Shown here: one piece after another, positions 30,825-41,360 of the stretch
Position numbering within the stretch: the first letter of the stretch is position 1
Layout: each line of letters begins with the position of its first letter
From: a virus
Direction: 5' to 3' (one strand)
IMG/VR virus record: IMGVR_UViG_3300037859_000002
Coordinates: 1-64,000 of that record
DNA: 64,000 nucleotides
Notes under the pieces: model-generated
Databases searched by the model: none
What the model saw: only the letters and a program-made list of their open reading frames with translations
Told to the model about the DNA's origin: nothing
Position numbers and translations under genes: made by a program

Positions 30825-31690
30825 GCGGCCTGTTCCTCGTTCTGTGATTCGATGGCGACGATGCGGAGCTTGCCGCCCTTGTCGCGCTTGATCTCGATGC
30901 CGTGACCCTCGGCCCGCTTGCTGTTGGGGGGCATGACCTTCTTCAGCTCCTTGGCCGCGGCATCGAATTTCTTCGCCGCCTCCGAGCTCGCGAGCCAGGC
31001 GGCCGCCTGGTCGGCCCAGACGTTGTTGCCGGTCATGTCGGTCGCGGCCTCCATTTCCTCCCAGGCGATGGGCGGCGGCGGCGGCGCGATGTAGTGGGGA
31101 TCGCGATCCTCCTGGACCGCGGTCCAGAATGCTTCGGCCGCGTCGCGGATGCGCGAGAAATAGAAGGGATCGAACTCGATGGGGGCCCACACGTGTGTGG
31201 TGTTGCCCCGGATCATCGAGATCAGGCCCCAGCGCCGGCGCGTGACCCCCAGCTCCCAGTGCATCTGAGGCAGATAGTCGGCGAACTGATCGCGTTCCTT
31301 GGCGAAGGCGTTCAGGTGCTTCGCCTGGATCAGGCACTCGCCGTAGACCTCATCGGTGGCATAGGCGTCCGGGGTGCAGGCCATCCAGGGGCGCTTGGCG
31401 TCCAGCACCGTGGTGCGGTTGGCGACCAAGGTCAGGCCAGGCCGCGCCCGCTGCATCCAGGCCAGATTGAACGGCTCGGTCCACTTGCCCAACATGGCGG
31501 GCAGGCTCTCGCTGGTGTCTTCGGGCTCAAGGCGACCGCGCTTGATCAGTGCCAGCTGGTTCACCGCATCGGGGTCGCCCGACGCGATGATCTTCATGTC
31601 CGAGCCGCCGATGAAGGCGCGGCGCGCCTGATGGATTTCGGCACTCCAGACCATGCCGGCCAGATCGGCCAGCCCCGCTTCCGTGAGCAT
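30821..31690 (-). CDS. YqaJ/lambda-exonuclease-like protein
   Basis: RRAFIGGSD, CTPD, QAKH, YLPQMHW. Confidence 0.88.
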   Translation of the reverse strand: MLTEAGLADLAGMVWSAEIHQARRAFIGGSDMKIIASGDPDAVNQLALIKRGRLEPEDTSESLPAMLGKWTEPFNLAWMQRARPGLTLVANRTTVLDAKRPWMACTPDAYATDEVYGECLIQAKHLNAFAKERDQFADYLPQMHWELGVTRRRWGLISMIRGNTTHVWAPIEFDPFYFSRIRDAAEAFWTAVQEDRDPHYIAPPPPPIAWEEMEAATDMTGNNVWADQAAAWLASSEAAKKFDAAAKELKKVMPPNSKRAEGHGIEIKRDKGGKLRIVAIESQNEEQAA

Positions 31691-32457
31691 CGTGCGTTCC
31701 CTTTCACGACGATGTCCACATATCACACTCAGATGTGTCAGAGGTCAAGCCCAAAAAGCAACAGGGGGCGTCACCCTGGATCAGGATGACGCCCCCTGCG
31801 TGGCTGGCGCCGGCGCTACAGGATCAGCACCGCCGCGAGCAACCAGACGGCCGTACCCACGGCGGCGCCCATGGTCTCGACCAGGGCGCGACGCCAGCGC
31901 CGCGCCGTCTCCAGGGCGCGGACGCCGGCCAGACGGAATACGCGCATCGCCTCCTCCTCGGATTGCCCATCCCTACATTGAGATGGTTCAGGAATATGGA
32001 GATGAGCGGAAACGACAACAGGGCCCCCCGTCGAATTGACGGAGGAGCCCTGTTGCTCATACCACTTTCACGTGCCTGTAGGCCCGCTCCAACCACTCCT
32101 CGGCTGCGGTCAGCAGATGATGGCGGTAGCGGTAACTGCCCACGGCATCCCGAGCCTGCTGGCCGGTCGTGCCGTTGAGCATGATCAGGCTGGTGGGCGG
32201 GTAGTCCGCGTAGGGTCGGGCCAGCAGCTCGCGCCACCCGACGTGAAACCAGATGATCGCCCCCGAAAGCCGATCGCCGAGCGCGCGCTCCACCAGGCGG
32301 AGGGGCAGCGGCATCAGCGTCCGGATGTTCGTCTCGGGCAGGTCGACCAACAGGATGTCGGTGCTGGTGTCGATCATGCGCTGGATCGCGACCAGGAAGT
32401 GGGCGGGATCGTCGTCGGATCCCAGACGCACGGTCATCAGTTCAACGTTCATGGTGT

Positions 32458-32532
32458 CTCCACTGATCACGCGCCCCGTGTGGGCGCGAGGCACGACCCA
32501 CCCGGATGGGGGTGGGCCGGCCTTTCGTGGAG
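32458..32532 (-). ncRNA. Hammerhead ribozyme type II (G3-C8 covariant)
   Basis: CTCCAC-GAAA-stemIII-TC-GCGCCC/GGGCGC-GTGATCA-GTGGAG. Confidence 0.8.
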
Positions 32533-32533
32533 C

Positions 32534-33703
32534 CTAGGCCTTGGCCATCAGGTCGCCCGCGCGGCGTTCGAAGGCCACGCGTTCGTCCTGATAAGGGATG
32601 GTCCGCGCGTGCGCGGTCATGCCCTGCACGACGTCCCAGATAGACGTCATCGGGTGCCCCTCCTCGCGGAGAACGGTCTCGATGATGTCTTTGGTGGTCG
32701 GCTTCGGCAGGCCGAGCTTCTTGTGCAGAAACTCGAAACGCTGATCATCGTCCTTGGCGACAACCGTTGCCTTGGCGTCGATGACCTTGCTGGTCACCGC
32801 GTTCGCCGCGGTGTGGGCAAAGCTCTCGATCTGGGGCTGTACCTCGTGGATGAACCGGTCGGGTGCACCGCTCGTGTGACGGATAGTGATCGACTTGTGG
32901 TTCTCGGTGCCCCAAAGGCAGCGGTTCTGACAGACGGCGCGCAGATACATCGTCTGGATGTTCAGCGCTCGGCTTCCGGTCTCCGAATTGGAGACGATGA
33001 TGCCCGGGAACAGCAGGTCCGGCTGTCCGTCGGGGAGTTTGCCGACCTCGATCGGGAACTGATCGCGGCACAGGAAGATGAAGACATCGCGGTCCGAGGC
33101 GTACAGTGTGGTCGTCGCCTTGGTGACATCGACGTTGGGGTTGTAGGTCATCCGGCCCCAGTCGATGACGCCCGGCACCTTCCAGCTTTCGTCGAGACGC
33201 TCGTTGATGGCGCGGGCCACATCCAGGTCGAGGATGCGGCCATAGCCCGGGCTGGTGGCGGCTCGCAGCTGATCCGGCCCGCCCGCCTGATCTTCCTGCC
33301 AGAAGAGCTTCAGCACCTCGGCCGGGCTTTTGACCAGGCCATGCTGAAGACAGAGCCCGGAAAGAAAGGCCGGGATCTTGCGCAGGTAGGCGGCGGGCGA
33401 CTGGGTCCAGGTGCAGAGCTGCCCGAAAGCCCAGTGCGTCATCTGCATCTGGGCTCCACCGTCACGCTCGAGCAGGAGCGTATGGTTGTCGTCCGGGTTG
33501 GCGCTGACGCGCAGCTTCTTCGACTCGAAGGTGTTGGTTCGCGACAGGTCGGTCCGGTCGTGGAGGCTCGAGATGAGCGCATCCATCGACAGGAATTTCT
33601 GGTCATCAGGTCGTGAGAACCATTGCTGGCTCACGCTGGTGTTCAGGCTGCCGCGGGAGGCGGTGACAGCACGTACCCCAACGAGTGTGGTGTCAGTGTT
33701 CAT
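32534..33703 (-). CDS. DUF932 family protein
   Basis: QWFSRPDD, HWAFGQLC, LYASDRDVF, SNSETG, RAVCQN, IRH. Confidence 0.85.
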   Translation of the reverse strand: MNTDTTLVGVRAVTASRGSLNTSVSQQWFSRPDDQKFLSMDALISSLHDRTDLSRTNTFESKKLRVSANPDDNHTLLLERDGGAQMQMTHWAFGQLCTWTQSPAAYLRKIPAFLSGLCLQHGLVKSPAEVLKLFWQEDQAGGPDQLRAATSPGYGRILDLDVARAINERLDESWKVPGVIDWGRMTYNPNVDVTKATTTLYASDRDVFIFLCRDQFPIEVGKLPDGQPDLLFPGIIVSNSETGSRALNIQTMYLRAVCQNRCLWGTENHKSITIRHTSGAPDRFIHEVQPQIESFAHTAANAVTSKVIDAKATVVAKDDDQRFEFLHKKLGLPKPTTKDIIETVLREEGHPMTSIWDVVQGMTAHARTIPYQDERVAFERRAGDLMAKA

Positions 33704-33749
33704 CGGTAGCTCCTTGTTGGGTGCGGCGGGTGGCGCGCCCAGGGGTGAT

Positions 33750-33833
33750 CCCGCGGCGCCGCCCACACAACCATGTGGTTGTGGGGCGCGCGCTTCGGCC
33801 GCCCCCGGGGTTGGGGGCGCCTCGTCAGGCGGG
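33750..33833 (-). ncRNA. Hammerhead-like type I (GAAG/CC variant)
   Basis: CCCGC-CTGACGA-stemII-GAAG-stemIII-CC-GCGGG; upstream stop TGA lies in core. Confidence 0.55.
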
Positions 33834-34193
33834 TGGTGCGCTCCGCTTCAGGATCTTGTCGGCGTTCCGGAGGAAGTGCGTTTTGTTGTTCAAGAAGGGA
33901 GTGAACAGGTCCTCGCTCTGACTCTCGGTAAGGCCAAAGAACTTGGCCAGCCTGGGGTCATCGCATCCGTAGATGGACCGACCGTCAATCTTTGGGACCT
34001 TGGAAGGCCGGATAAGGGTCAGGCCCTCGGCTTGCATTTCGGGCGTAAGGCCCGCATGGCCGATGACACAGCCAACGGTGCCGCAGCCTCCTTCAACCCC
34101 GAAACGGTAGATCCAGGTGCTCATCCTGACCTGGTCTTCGGGTATGCCGTCGATCAGGTCGCGCACGAATTTCAGTCTCTCGTAGGGTGTCAT
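33825..34193 (-). CDS. CGxxxCxxGH family protein, paralog 1
   Basis: CGTVGCVIGHA..PEMQAEGL. Confidence 0.75.
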   Translation of the reverse strand: MTPYERLKFVRDLIDGIPEDQVRMSTWIYRFGVEGGCGTVGCVIGHAGLTPEMQAEGLTLIRPSKVPKIDGRSIYGCDDPRLAKFFGLTESQSEDLFTPFLNNKTHFLRNADKILKRSAPPA

Positions 34194-34203
34194 TTCGTGT
34201 TTC

Positions 34204-34254
34204 CCTTTCGCCGCTGCTGGCGGCTCATCAGCTCGCACGCGGTGTGCGAGAAGG
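34204..34254 (-). ncRNA. Hammerhead ribozyme type III
   Basis: CCT-T-CTCGCAC/GTGCGAG-CTGATGA-GCCGC/GCGGC-GAAA-GG. Confidence 0.8.
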
Positions 34255-34931
34255 CCCGGGGGCGGTGCCCCGGGGGCTCAGTCTTCGGCTGTTAGCGGTC
34301 GGTCCGCGTCATTCCAGGCACTCAGAGCGCTCATGAAGGCCCCGTGGGTCTCCAGGGCCCTGCCCTCGGGCTGGTGGCGCATCTCGCTCGCACCGCTCGA
34401 GAATTCTTCGACCAGGTCCGCCGACCAGGCGGCCTCTGCGTCCAAGACGCTCTGGTAGAGCGGATGCCGCTCTTTCGGCGCTTCCGGTCTGGCGTATTCC
34501 TCGGCTTCGAGTTGCTTCGCGATGACGAGTGTCTGCGCGGGCGTAACCTCAGAGCAGAGGTATTCATCCAGCGCGGTCTGGGCCAAGAGGCACGCCAAGC
34601 TGAGTGGGCACCGGGTCTCCACCGATCCCGGCAGGGATGCCTGCACGAGTTGGAGTGCCCGCGTGGCGCGCGCGACCTGCAGGAGGTCGTTGATGTCAGG
34701 ATCCAGGTTGCTCATTGAGGGAGCCCCAGATTCGCTTTGTCGACGAAGATGCGTACTTTCGGATCCAGCCGATACACATGCACGTCGAGCATGCCATCGT
34801 CCTGGCGGCGGAAACTGATCAGGCCGCCAAGGCCGGTCTTGCGATCGGTGAACTCAACGATGCGCTCTCTCGACTTGTCGGTGAAACTATCGGCCTGACA
34901 CTTCGTCAATACGAGAGGTCTTGGCATGGTC

Positions 34932-34992
34932 TTGCCTTTCGCGCGCCCGGTCTGGGGCGCTCATCAGCGCACATTTATATGTGCGAAGGCAA
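34932..34992 (-). ncRNA. Hammerhead ribozyme type III
   Basis: TTGCCT-T-CGCACAT/ATGTGCG-CTGATGA-stemII-GAAAGGCAA. Confidence 0.9.
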
Positions 34993-35587
34993 TGCCCCCA
35001 GGGCAAGGTCCCCGGGGGCATGGATCAGCGGGCCGGGATCTTGCCCTTGTGGGCCTCGACCCGTCGGCGGATCGTTGACGCAAGCTCCGCGTACTCGCGG
35101 TTCACGGTCGCGGTCGCGTCGTTCAGCACCTGGTCGTCGGTCGGGCACTGGATGCTCGCCGTCGCCGGGTTCTGCTCGAGATACTGCGCCAGGGACACCC
35201 GCTGCTCATAGGCCATGCAGGTCATGCTGGCCCAGATGAAGAGCCGGCCCAGCCCCTCAGGGAGCGGGGCCTCCAAGCCTGGTGCATACAGGGCGCAGCA
35301 GATCTCCGCGGGGGCGCAGATCCAGGGCCGGAACCCGTAAACGATTTCCAGCCGCTGCGCGCGCACCTGTTTCGGGATGAAGGGCGGAATGTCCTTCTCC
35401 CAGCCGCCGCCGGGCTGGATGATCACGGGCCCGGTGACGTAGTGCTGATCGGCCTTGCTGAGGCCGGCGATGCCCATGGCTTCGTTGAGCTGCAACAGGA
35501 AGGCGGCGCTCATGCCCATGTGGGCCATGGCGCTCTGCAGTCGCAGGACGTCCATCGACATCGGCGTCTGCTGTGGTTTCATCGGAG

Positions 35588-35659
35588 TGATCCTCATCAG
35601 CGCCGGCGGATCGCCGGCCGAGCTCGCGGCCGCACGCGGCGGCCGGAGCTTTCGGATCA
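35588..35659 (-). ncRNA. Hammerhead ribozyme type II
   Basis: TGATCC-GAAA-stemIII-TC-stemI-CTGATGA-GGATCA. Confidence 0.85.
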
Positions 35660-36031
35660 GTCTTCAACAGGCTCTTCGAGCAGTCGGTCCATCAGAGCGA
35701 GCTGCCGGGCCTTGGTCAGTTCGGAGGTGCGGTCATTTTCGATGTAGAACAAGGTCCGTGCCGCGGCCTCACTGATGCCAAAGAATACGGCCAGGGCCGT
35801 GTCCGTAGCGGTCCACCCATGAAGGGTAAGGAGCCGCTGCGGGGACAGCTTCAGTCCTTCGGCTTGAAGGACCGGATCCATGCCGCCGTGGCCGGCGATG
35901 CAAGCCACGGTGCCGCAAACGGATTGCCACTTGTTCATGTCGATCAACATGGCCGGCGTCTCGGCAATGATCTCGCGGAGGCGGGCGAGACGCTGCCGCG
36001 GCCTCAGGCTTGGAATGGTTCCACTTCCCAT
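35657..36031 (-). CDS. CGxxxCxxGH family protein, paralog 2
   Basis: CGTVACIAGHG.DPVLQAEGL. Confidence 0.75.
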   Translation of the reverse strand: MGSGTIPSLRPRQRLARLREIIAETPAMLIDMNKWQSVCGTVACIAGHGGMDPVLQAEGLKLSPQRLLTLHGWTATDTALAVFFGISEAAARTLFYIENDRTSELTKARQLALMDRLLEEPVED

Positions 36032-36035
36032 CGGG

Positions 36036-36107
36036 TGATCCTCTTCATGGGGATGATTCCCCGACCGTTCCCCCTGAGTCAAAGCCCAGGGGGCCGGTTT
36101 CGGATCA
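36036..36107 (-). ncRNA. Hammerhead-like type II (A3 variant)
   Basis: TGATCC-GAAA-stemIII-GTC-GGGGA/TCCCC-ATGAAGA-GGATCA. Confidence 0.7.
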
Positions 36108-36600
36108 GTAGCCATTGCCCACTTCGGTGACGTGGGCGTGCCGCACGTCGTTGGGGCTGAGCTCGACCGCCGCGCGGTCGCGCAGGTGGTCGAGCATATC
36201 GGCCCAGACGCGGCTGGACGGATCGTCCATGCCGGCCTCTGCCAGGTCGGCGGCCTTGACCCGGTCGGGAGCCTCGATCGTGGTGGTGAAGCGCAGGACC
36301 GTGGTGAGCGTGACATCGATGGTCACCTCGTGCCTGGTCTTTGTCGTCCCCGCCACGATCTGCGCGCACAGTGCCTCGAAATCGAGGCGGTCGAGCATCT
36401 CGTCCCCAGCCTGGTAGGCGCGAACGATGAGGACCCTGTTGTCGGACAGCAGGGTCGTCGGGACCGCGCCGGTCTTGGCCCTGAGATAGGCCGCGACCGG
36501 CGCCTCGGTTCCGTCGCTCATGCGCGCCAGGTAGGTCTTGAGGTCCATCGCCGACGGGCAGTTGCTCTCGTCGACGACGGTGACGTCGTAGTTCATGGGA

Positions 36601-36669
36601 TGAGCTCCTCTGGTCCGTTATTGGACGAGGCGGGCGCCGCCCATCGGGCGACGGCGCGCCTTTCGCTCA
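36601..36669 (-). ncRNA. Hammerhead-like type II (A4 variant)
   Basis: TGAGC-GAAA-stemIII-TC-GTCC/GGAC-CAGAGGA-GCTCA. Confidence 0.7.
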
Positions 36670-37376
36670 CTCCTCTCGACCATGGTGCAGCTCGTGCTGC
36701 AGCAGGTCGCGATGGTGCAGGTACTCCGAGTGGTGGGCCTCGAGGATTGCGTCGCTGGCGACGAGCCTGATGTTGTTGCCCAGGCCGGCGCGCTGATCCA
36801 GCAGCAGCTGCTGCAGGCAGGCGAGCAGGTCGAAATCGACGTGCTCGCTCTGCTTCGACGCCCGGGACCAGGCGGTCATGCGCGCCTTTGCCTCCTCGGC
36901 GGAGGAGGCGCGCACAAACACCGGGTAGGTGAACTCGGGGAGCTGCAGGGTGGCGGTGACCGCGTAGAGGCGTTCACCCCCTCTGAGCTGGCCGAGCAGG
37001 CCCTCGGTGGCCCTGTTTTGCGGCACGGCCTCGAAGGGCCGGTCGCCGTGCTCGGGGTGATCGTCGATCGCGCTCATGTTTGCGATCGAGGCGATCGGGT
37101 CGGGGTTGTCGTCGTCGCCTTCCCTGGATGTCCAGTCGGTACCCCGGAGCATACGCCAAACCTGGCGGAAGCTGGGGTCTGCCATGGTGTCTGGCGCGAC
37201 GCTCATTTGTCGGCCGTCATGGGTGGCGACGAGGACCGGGTCCCCGGTGGCGGTGGCGTTGATCACCGCGAGCTTCTCGCGCGCGGTGGCCGCCAGTGCG
37301 ATCGCCTTGTCGAGATCGACGTACTCGAAATCATCGGGCCCGTCCTCGAAGGCGATGGTGCAGAGTTCCATGCGGT

Positions 37377-37444
37377 CCTCTTGTCAATGAGCGGGATTGC
37401 TCATGAGCGCCAGGCCCCGCATTGGGGGCCTGGGGCTTTCGAGG
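37377..37444 (-). ncRNA. Hammerhead-like type II (U3-A8 covariant)
   Basis: CCTC-GAAA-stemIII-TC-stemI-TTGACAA-GAGG. Confidence 0.6.
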
Positions 37445-37944
37445 GTCAGCGTGGCTTGGGCGCCTTGCGTGGCTGGCGCCTGGGCGCCGAGCGACGAAGG
37501 AGCGGGGGCCAGCCCGGGCTCATGGTCCGGGATGGCTGGGCGAGCCGCGTGGCCAGCCGGATGGGCTGGCTCAGTCGCAGCGTCGGTGGTCGGTCTGGGT
37601 CCATGGGTGACCTCATCGGCGGCGCGGGATTGCGCCGGAGCGCCTGGGCGCTTTCGGTCACATCTCTGATATGGGGATTGGCCCGCTCGGGTGCAACCGC
37701 GATTCCATGGTTGTGGAATCAGTGGTGGAGGCGTAGGGTCTGCGTCTCGCCCAAAGAGGCGACGGCCCCGGTTTGAACGCCCGGGGCCGTCCATATCTCG
37801 GGCCGGAGCGACATCCGGCGGCGAGCGCGCTGGCCCAGTAGACGCTGGGCTTGGCCCATACATATTGCGTGTGGACCGGGCGTGCAAGTGAAAATCTGGT
37901 ATCAGGCCGCGTCTACGGCTCACATTTAGATGTGAGGTGCTGCC

Positions 37945-38991
37945 GTGAACGTCTCGTACATCAATTTCGTCGCCACGGGCTGGGCCTGGGCGCAGCCGAC
38001 CGCGAATGCTGGGGCCAAGCTGCTGCTGCTGGCCCTGGCCGGCCACGCTGACCCGTGGGGGAGCGCCCGCCCGGCGCTGCCCCGGTTGCAGGCGCTGACC
38101 GGGCTGTCGCGCTCCGGTCTGTTCAAGGCCATGGCCGAACTCGAAACCCTGGGCCTGATCAAGAAGCGCTCGGGCGGCGGGGTCGTCAATGAATACATTC
38201 TCAAGTGGGATGGGGAGCCCGGCCCGTTCGTGGTGCTGACCGAGCCTGCGGCACCCGTCCCCCCAGTGGACGGGGGGGTCCGCCCAGTGGACGGGCCTCC
38301 CCAGAGTGAACGGGTCCACTCGGTGGACTCACCCCGTCCACTCGGTGGACTCCACCCGTCCACTCGGTGGACTCAACCCGTCCACTCGGTGGACTCCACC
38401 CGTCCACCCAGTGCACCCGAAGATATTAGAGAAGAGATAAGGGAAGAGATAAGGGAAGAGATTAGGGAAGAGAACAACAGCGCGCGTGCGCGCGCGACCA
38501 CTCTCGCGGGGGCGCCCGAACCCGCCGCCGGTCCCGCGGTGACACCCCCTGCCGCTGAGGAGGTCTGCGACGCGACCAGTACCCCGGAAAAACCGCGAAG
38601 GTCAAAGATTCCTAGTCGCGTGCCTTCGGGCGACCTGCCGGCCGAATGGCTCAGCGCAGCCAACGCCGGTCGCGCCAAGCTCGGCCTCCCCGAAATCGGC
38701 GCCCGCGAGGCCATCGCCCGATGGCTCAACTTCCAGGCCTTCTGGGAGGGCGTCACCGGCCCCAAGGGCCTGAAGGTCGACTGGCGTCGCTGCTGGCTCG
38801 AGGGTGCGCGCAACCCCAAGGCCGACCACCACTACGAGGATTTCGCCCAGCCCGACGCTGAGGAGCCGCCGGCGCCGCGGACCGACCACCAGGCGGACGC
38901 CGAGTTCCTGACCGATCCTGAATTCGGGGCCCGCAACCGCGCCAAGCTCGCGCTGCTCGAATCCCTGGTCGCCGGGAGGTCCCGCCTGTGA
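37945..38991 (+). CDS. Phage replication initiator (N-terminal HTH)
   Basis: KLLLLALA.HAD..P.L..L..TGLSRS..LE.LGLI; internal iterons; precedes primase-helicase. Confidence 0.8.
   Translation: MNVSYINFVATGWAWAQPTANAGAKLLLLALAGHADPWGSARPALPRLQALTGLSRSGLFKAMAELETLGLIKKRSGGGVVNEYILKWDGEPGPFVVLTEPAAPVPPVDGGVRPVDGPPQSERVHSVDSPRPLGGLHPSTRWTQPVHSVDSTRPPSAPEDIREEIREEIREEIREENNSARARATTLAGAPEPAAGPAVTPPAAEEVCDATSTPEKPRRSKIPSRVPSGDLPAEWLSAANAGRAKLGLPEIGAREAIARWLNFQAFWEGVTGPKGLKVDWRRCWLEGARNPKADHHYEDFAQPDAEEPPAPRTDHQADAEFLTDPEFGARNRAKLALLESLVAGRSRL
38314..38470 (+). repeat. Iteron-like 22-bp repeats (GTCCACTCGGTGGAC core) plus A-rich 12-bp repeats; probable origin
   Basis: Cores at 38314, 38336, 38358, 38380, degenerate 38402; then (ATAAGGGAAGAG)-like x4. 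Confidence 0.75.
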
Positions 38992-40853
38992 CGGCACTCG
39001 ACCTGCACGCGGCCCTCGATCGCGAGGGCATCCGGATCCCCGCGACCACGCCGGGCAAGACCTTCGATGCGCTGTGCCCCCGCTGCAACGGCGGTCGCGC
39101 CCGGGAACGGAACTTCCGGGTCACGATCGACGACGACGGCAAGGGCGCCGTCTGGCTCTGCAACCGGGCGAACAACTGCGGTTGGACCGACAGCGTCCGC
39201 ACCGGCCCCCGGGATCCGAGTGCGCCGCGCGCGCGCAAGGACCGGGCCCCGCCGGTAAAGCCCGAACCGATCCCGCCCGAGCAGCAGGATCGGCGCCTGC
39301 CGCTCTACGCCTGGTGGGCCAGGCGCCGGATCTCGGCCGAAACCGTGGACGCCCTGGGCGTGTTCACGACGTCCATGCGGTTGCCGCGTTTCGATGCCGA
39401 GGGGCGCCCCGTGCTGGATGACCAGGGCAAGCCCGTCTGGCAGGACCAGGAGGCCATGGTGTTCCCCTACGTGCACCACGGCGAGGTCGTGAACCACAAA
39501 TACCGCTGGTCGCCCAAGAAATTCCGCCAGGATCGACACAGCCGGCGCACGCTCTTCAACGCCGACAGCCTCGAGGCCGACGATCTGGGGATCATCGTCG
39601 AGGGTGAGGCCGATGTGCTGGCCCTGTGGGAGGCCGGGTACCGTCAGGTCGTCTCCCTGCCCGATGGGGCGCCCCCCCGGGTCAGCGACACCTATGACCC
39701 GGAGAATGACGATGACGACCGGTATGAGGCGCTGCGGACCGAGGAGCGCTTCCAGCGTCTGAAGCGCATCGTCATCGCCGTCGATACCGACGACGCGGGC
39801 CGGGCGCACGCCGAGGAGATCGCGCGCCGCATGGGCAAGGAGCGCTGCTGGCTCGTGGAGTGGCCCCGCAAGGACGGGGGCGACGTGCTGCGCGAGCTTG
39901 GGCCCGAGGCCGTGCGTGCCGCGGTCGAGGGCGCGCGACCCTATCCGATGCCGGGCATCCTCGATGGGCGGGCCCTGGGCGAGCGCGTGGCCGCCGAGCG
40001 CCAGGGCCAGCGCGATACCGGCTATGCCTGCGGGATCGACGATCTGGATGGCCTGTTCCGGTTCTCGCGCGAGGAGGGCACCTTCGCGGTCGTCACGGGC
40101 GTGCCCGGCTACGGCAAGACCGTGACCACGATCGCCTACTCCGTGTTGTTGGCCGAGCAGGCTGATGCGCGGGGCGAGCCCTGGCACACGCTGATCTGCT
40201 CGCCCGAGATGCGGGCCGTCGATCTGGTGAAGAACATCGTCGCGGCCAAGGCGCGCCAGCCCTTCTACGATGGCAAGAGCGGCCCGGGCATTGCCCCCGA
40301 GGACCTGCCGGCGCTGATGGACTGGGTCAACGCGCACTACACGTTCCTGGAGCCTGACGATGCGGCCGATGATCCGACGCTCGACTGGATCATCGAGTGT
40401 GTGCGCCTGTCGCATCGCCGGAACCGGACCAGGCTGGCGATCATCGATCCCTGGAACGAGATCGAGATCGGCTACCCGCCCGACAGGAGGATGACCAACG
40501 ACGAGTGGATTGCGAAGCAGTTGCAGCGGATCCGCAAGCTCGTGGTCGAGCTCGCCTGTTCGGTCGTGGTGGTCGCCCACCCGAAGAAGATCGAGCGCGA
40601 GAAGAAGGGGGGTAAGCTCAGGGTGCCGACCGGCTACGACATCGCCTACTCGGCGGGCTGGAACAACAAGCCCCAACTGGGGATCACCGTGCACCGGGCG
40701 GAGCACGACAAGACCGACGAGCTGGAGTTTCACGTCTGGAAGGCCAGGCAGGGTCATCTGTCGAAGCGCGACAAGGTGGTCGTGCGGTTCAGCCCGGTGA
40801 CCAAGCGGTTGCTGCCCAAGATGACTCCGGTCGCCTATGGCGCGGTCGGATAA
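38988..40853 (+). CDS. Twinkle/T7 gp4-like primase-helicase
   Basis: CPRC zinc finger, TOPRIM EGEAD and DTD, GVPGYGKT, IDPWN, VAHPKK. Confidence 0.92.
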   Translation: MTALDLHAALDREGIRIPATTPGKTFDALCPRCNGGRARERNFRVTIDDDGKGAVWLCNRANNCGWTDSVRTGPRDPSAPRARKDRAPPVKPEPIPPEQQDRRLPLYAWWARRRISAETVDALGVFTTSMRLPRFDAEGRPVLDDQGKPVWQDQEAMVFPYVHHGEVVNHKYRWSPKKFRQDRHSRRTLFNADSLEADDLGIIVEGEADVLALWEAGYRQVVSLPDGAPPRVSDTYDPENDDDDRYEALRTEERFQRLKRIVIAVDTDDAGRAHAEEIARRMGKERCWLVEWPRKDGGDVLRELGPEAVRAAVEGARPYPMPGILDGRALGERVAAERQGQRDTGYACGIDDLDGLFRFSREEGTFAVVTGVPGYGKTVTTIAYSVLLAEQADARGEPWHTLICSPEMRAVDLVKNIVAAKARQPFYDGKSGPGIAPEDLPALMDWVNAHYTFLEPDDAADDPTLDWIIECVRLSHRRNRTRLAIIDPWNEIEIGYPPDRRMTNDEWIAKQLQRIRKLVVELACSVVVVAHPKKIEREKKGGKLRVPTGYDIAYSAGWNNKPQLGITVHRAEHDKTDELEFHVWKARQGHLSKRDKVVVRFSPVTKRLLPKMTPVAYGAVG

Positions 40854-41360
40854 CACACACAGATGTCTTTTCTGGCCTTGGCGCCACATTCAAGTGTGTC
40901 TATCATGCGCAGATGCTGGTTCTGGTTCTGGTGCTGATCTGCGTGCCCGCCCCGACAGACGGGGAGCGCGAGCTCGCCTGTCGATCCGAAATGAGCGAGC
41001 CCGTGGCCAGTGCCGAGACCTGGGTCAGCCTGCGAAAAGCCCGCCTTGGCCCCGACGAGGTGCTGATCCGCCAGGCCGTGGTGGCCGAGGCGGGTGCCGA
41101 GCCCGCTCCGGCTCGTCGGCGGAGGCCCTGATGCTCGATGGTTGGGAGGTCGGTGACCGGGTGTGGTCGACCACGTCTGGGATCCGTGGGGTCATCACGG
41201 GCCGTGAGGGCCAGCGCCTGATGGTGCTCTGGGAGGGCTACGAGAACGCCTTGCCCGCCTATGCTGGGCACCTTCGGCCCGATCGTGGGGAGCTCTTTCT
41301 CGCCCGGTCGGCGGCTTTGGGGGTGACCCGGCTGCCATCGCCGCAGGCCCGGGTGCGCGG

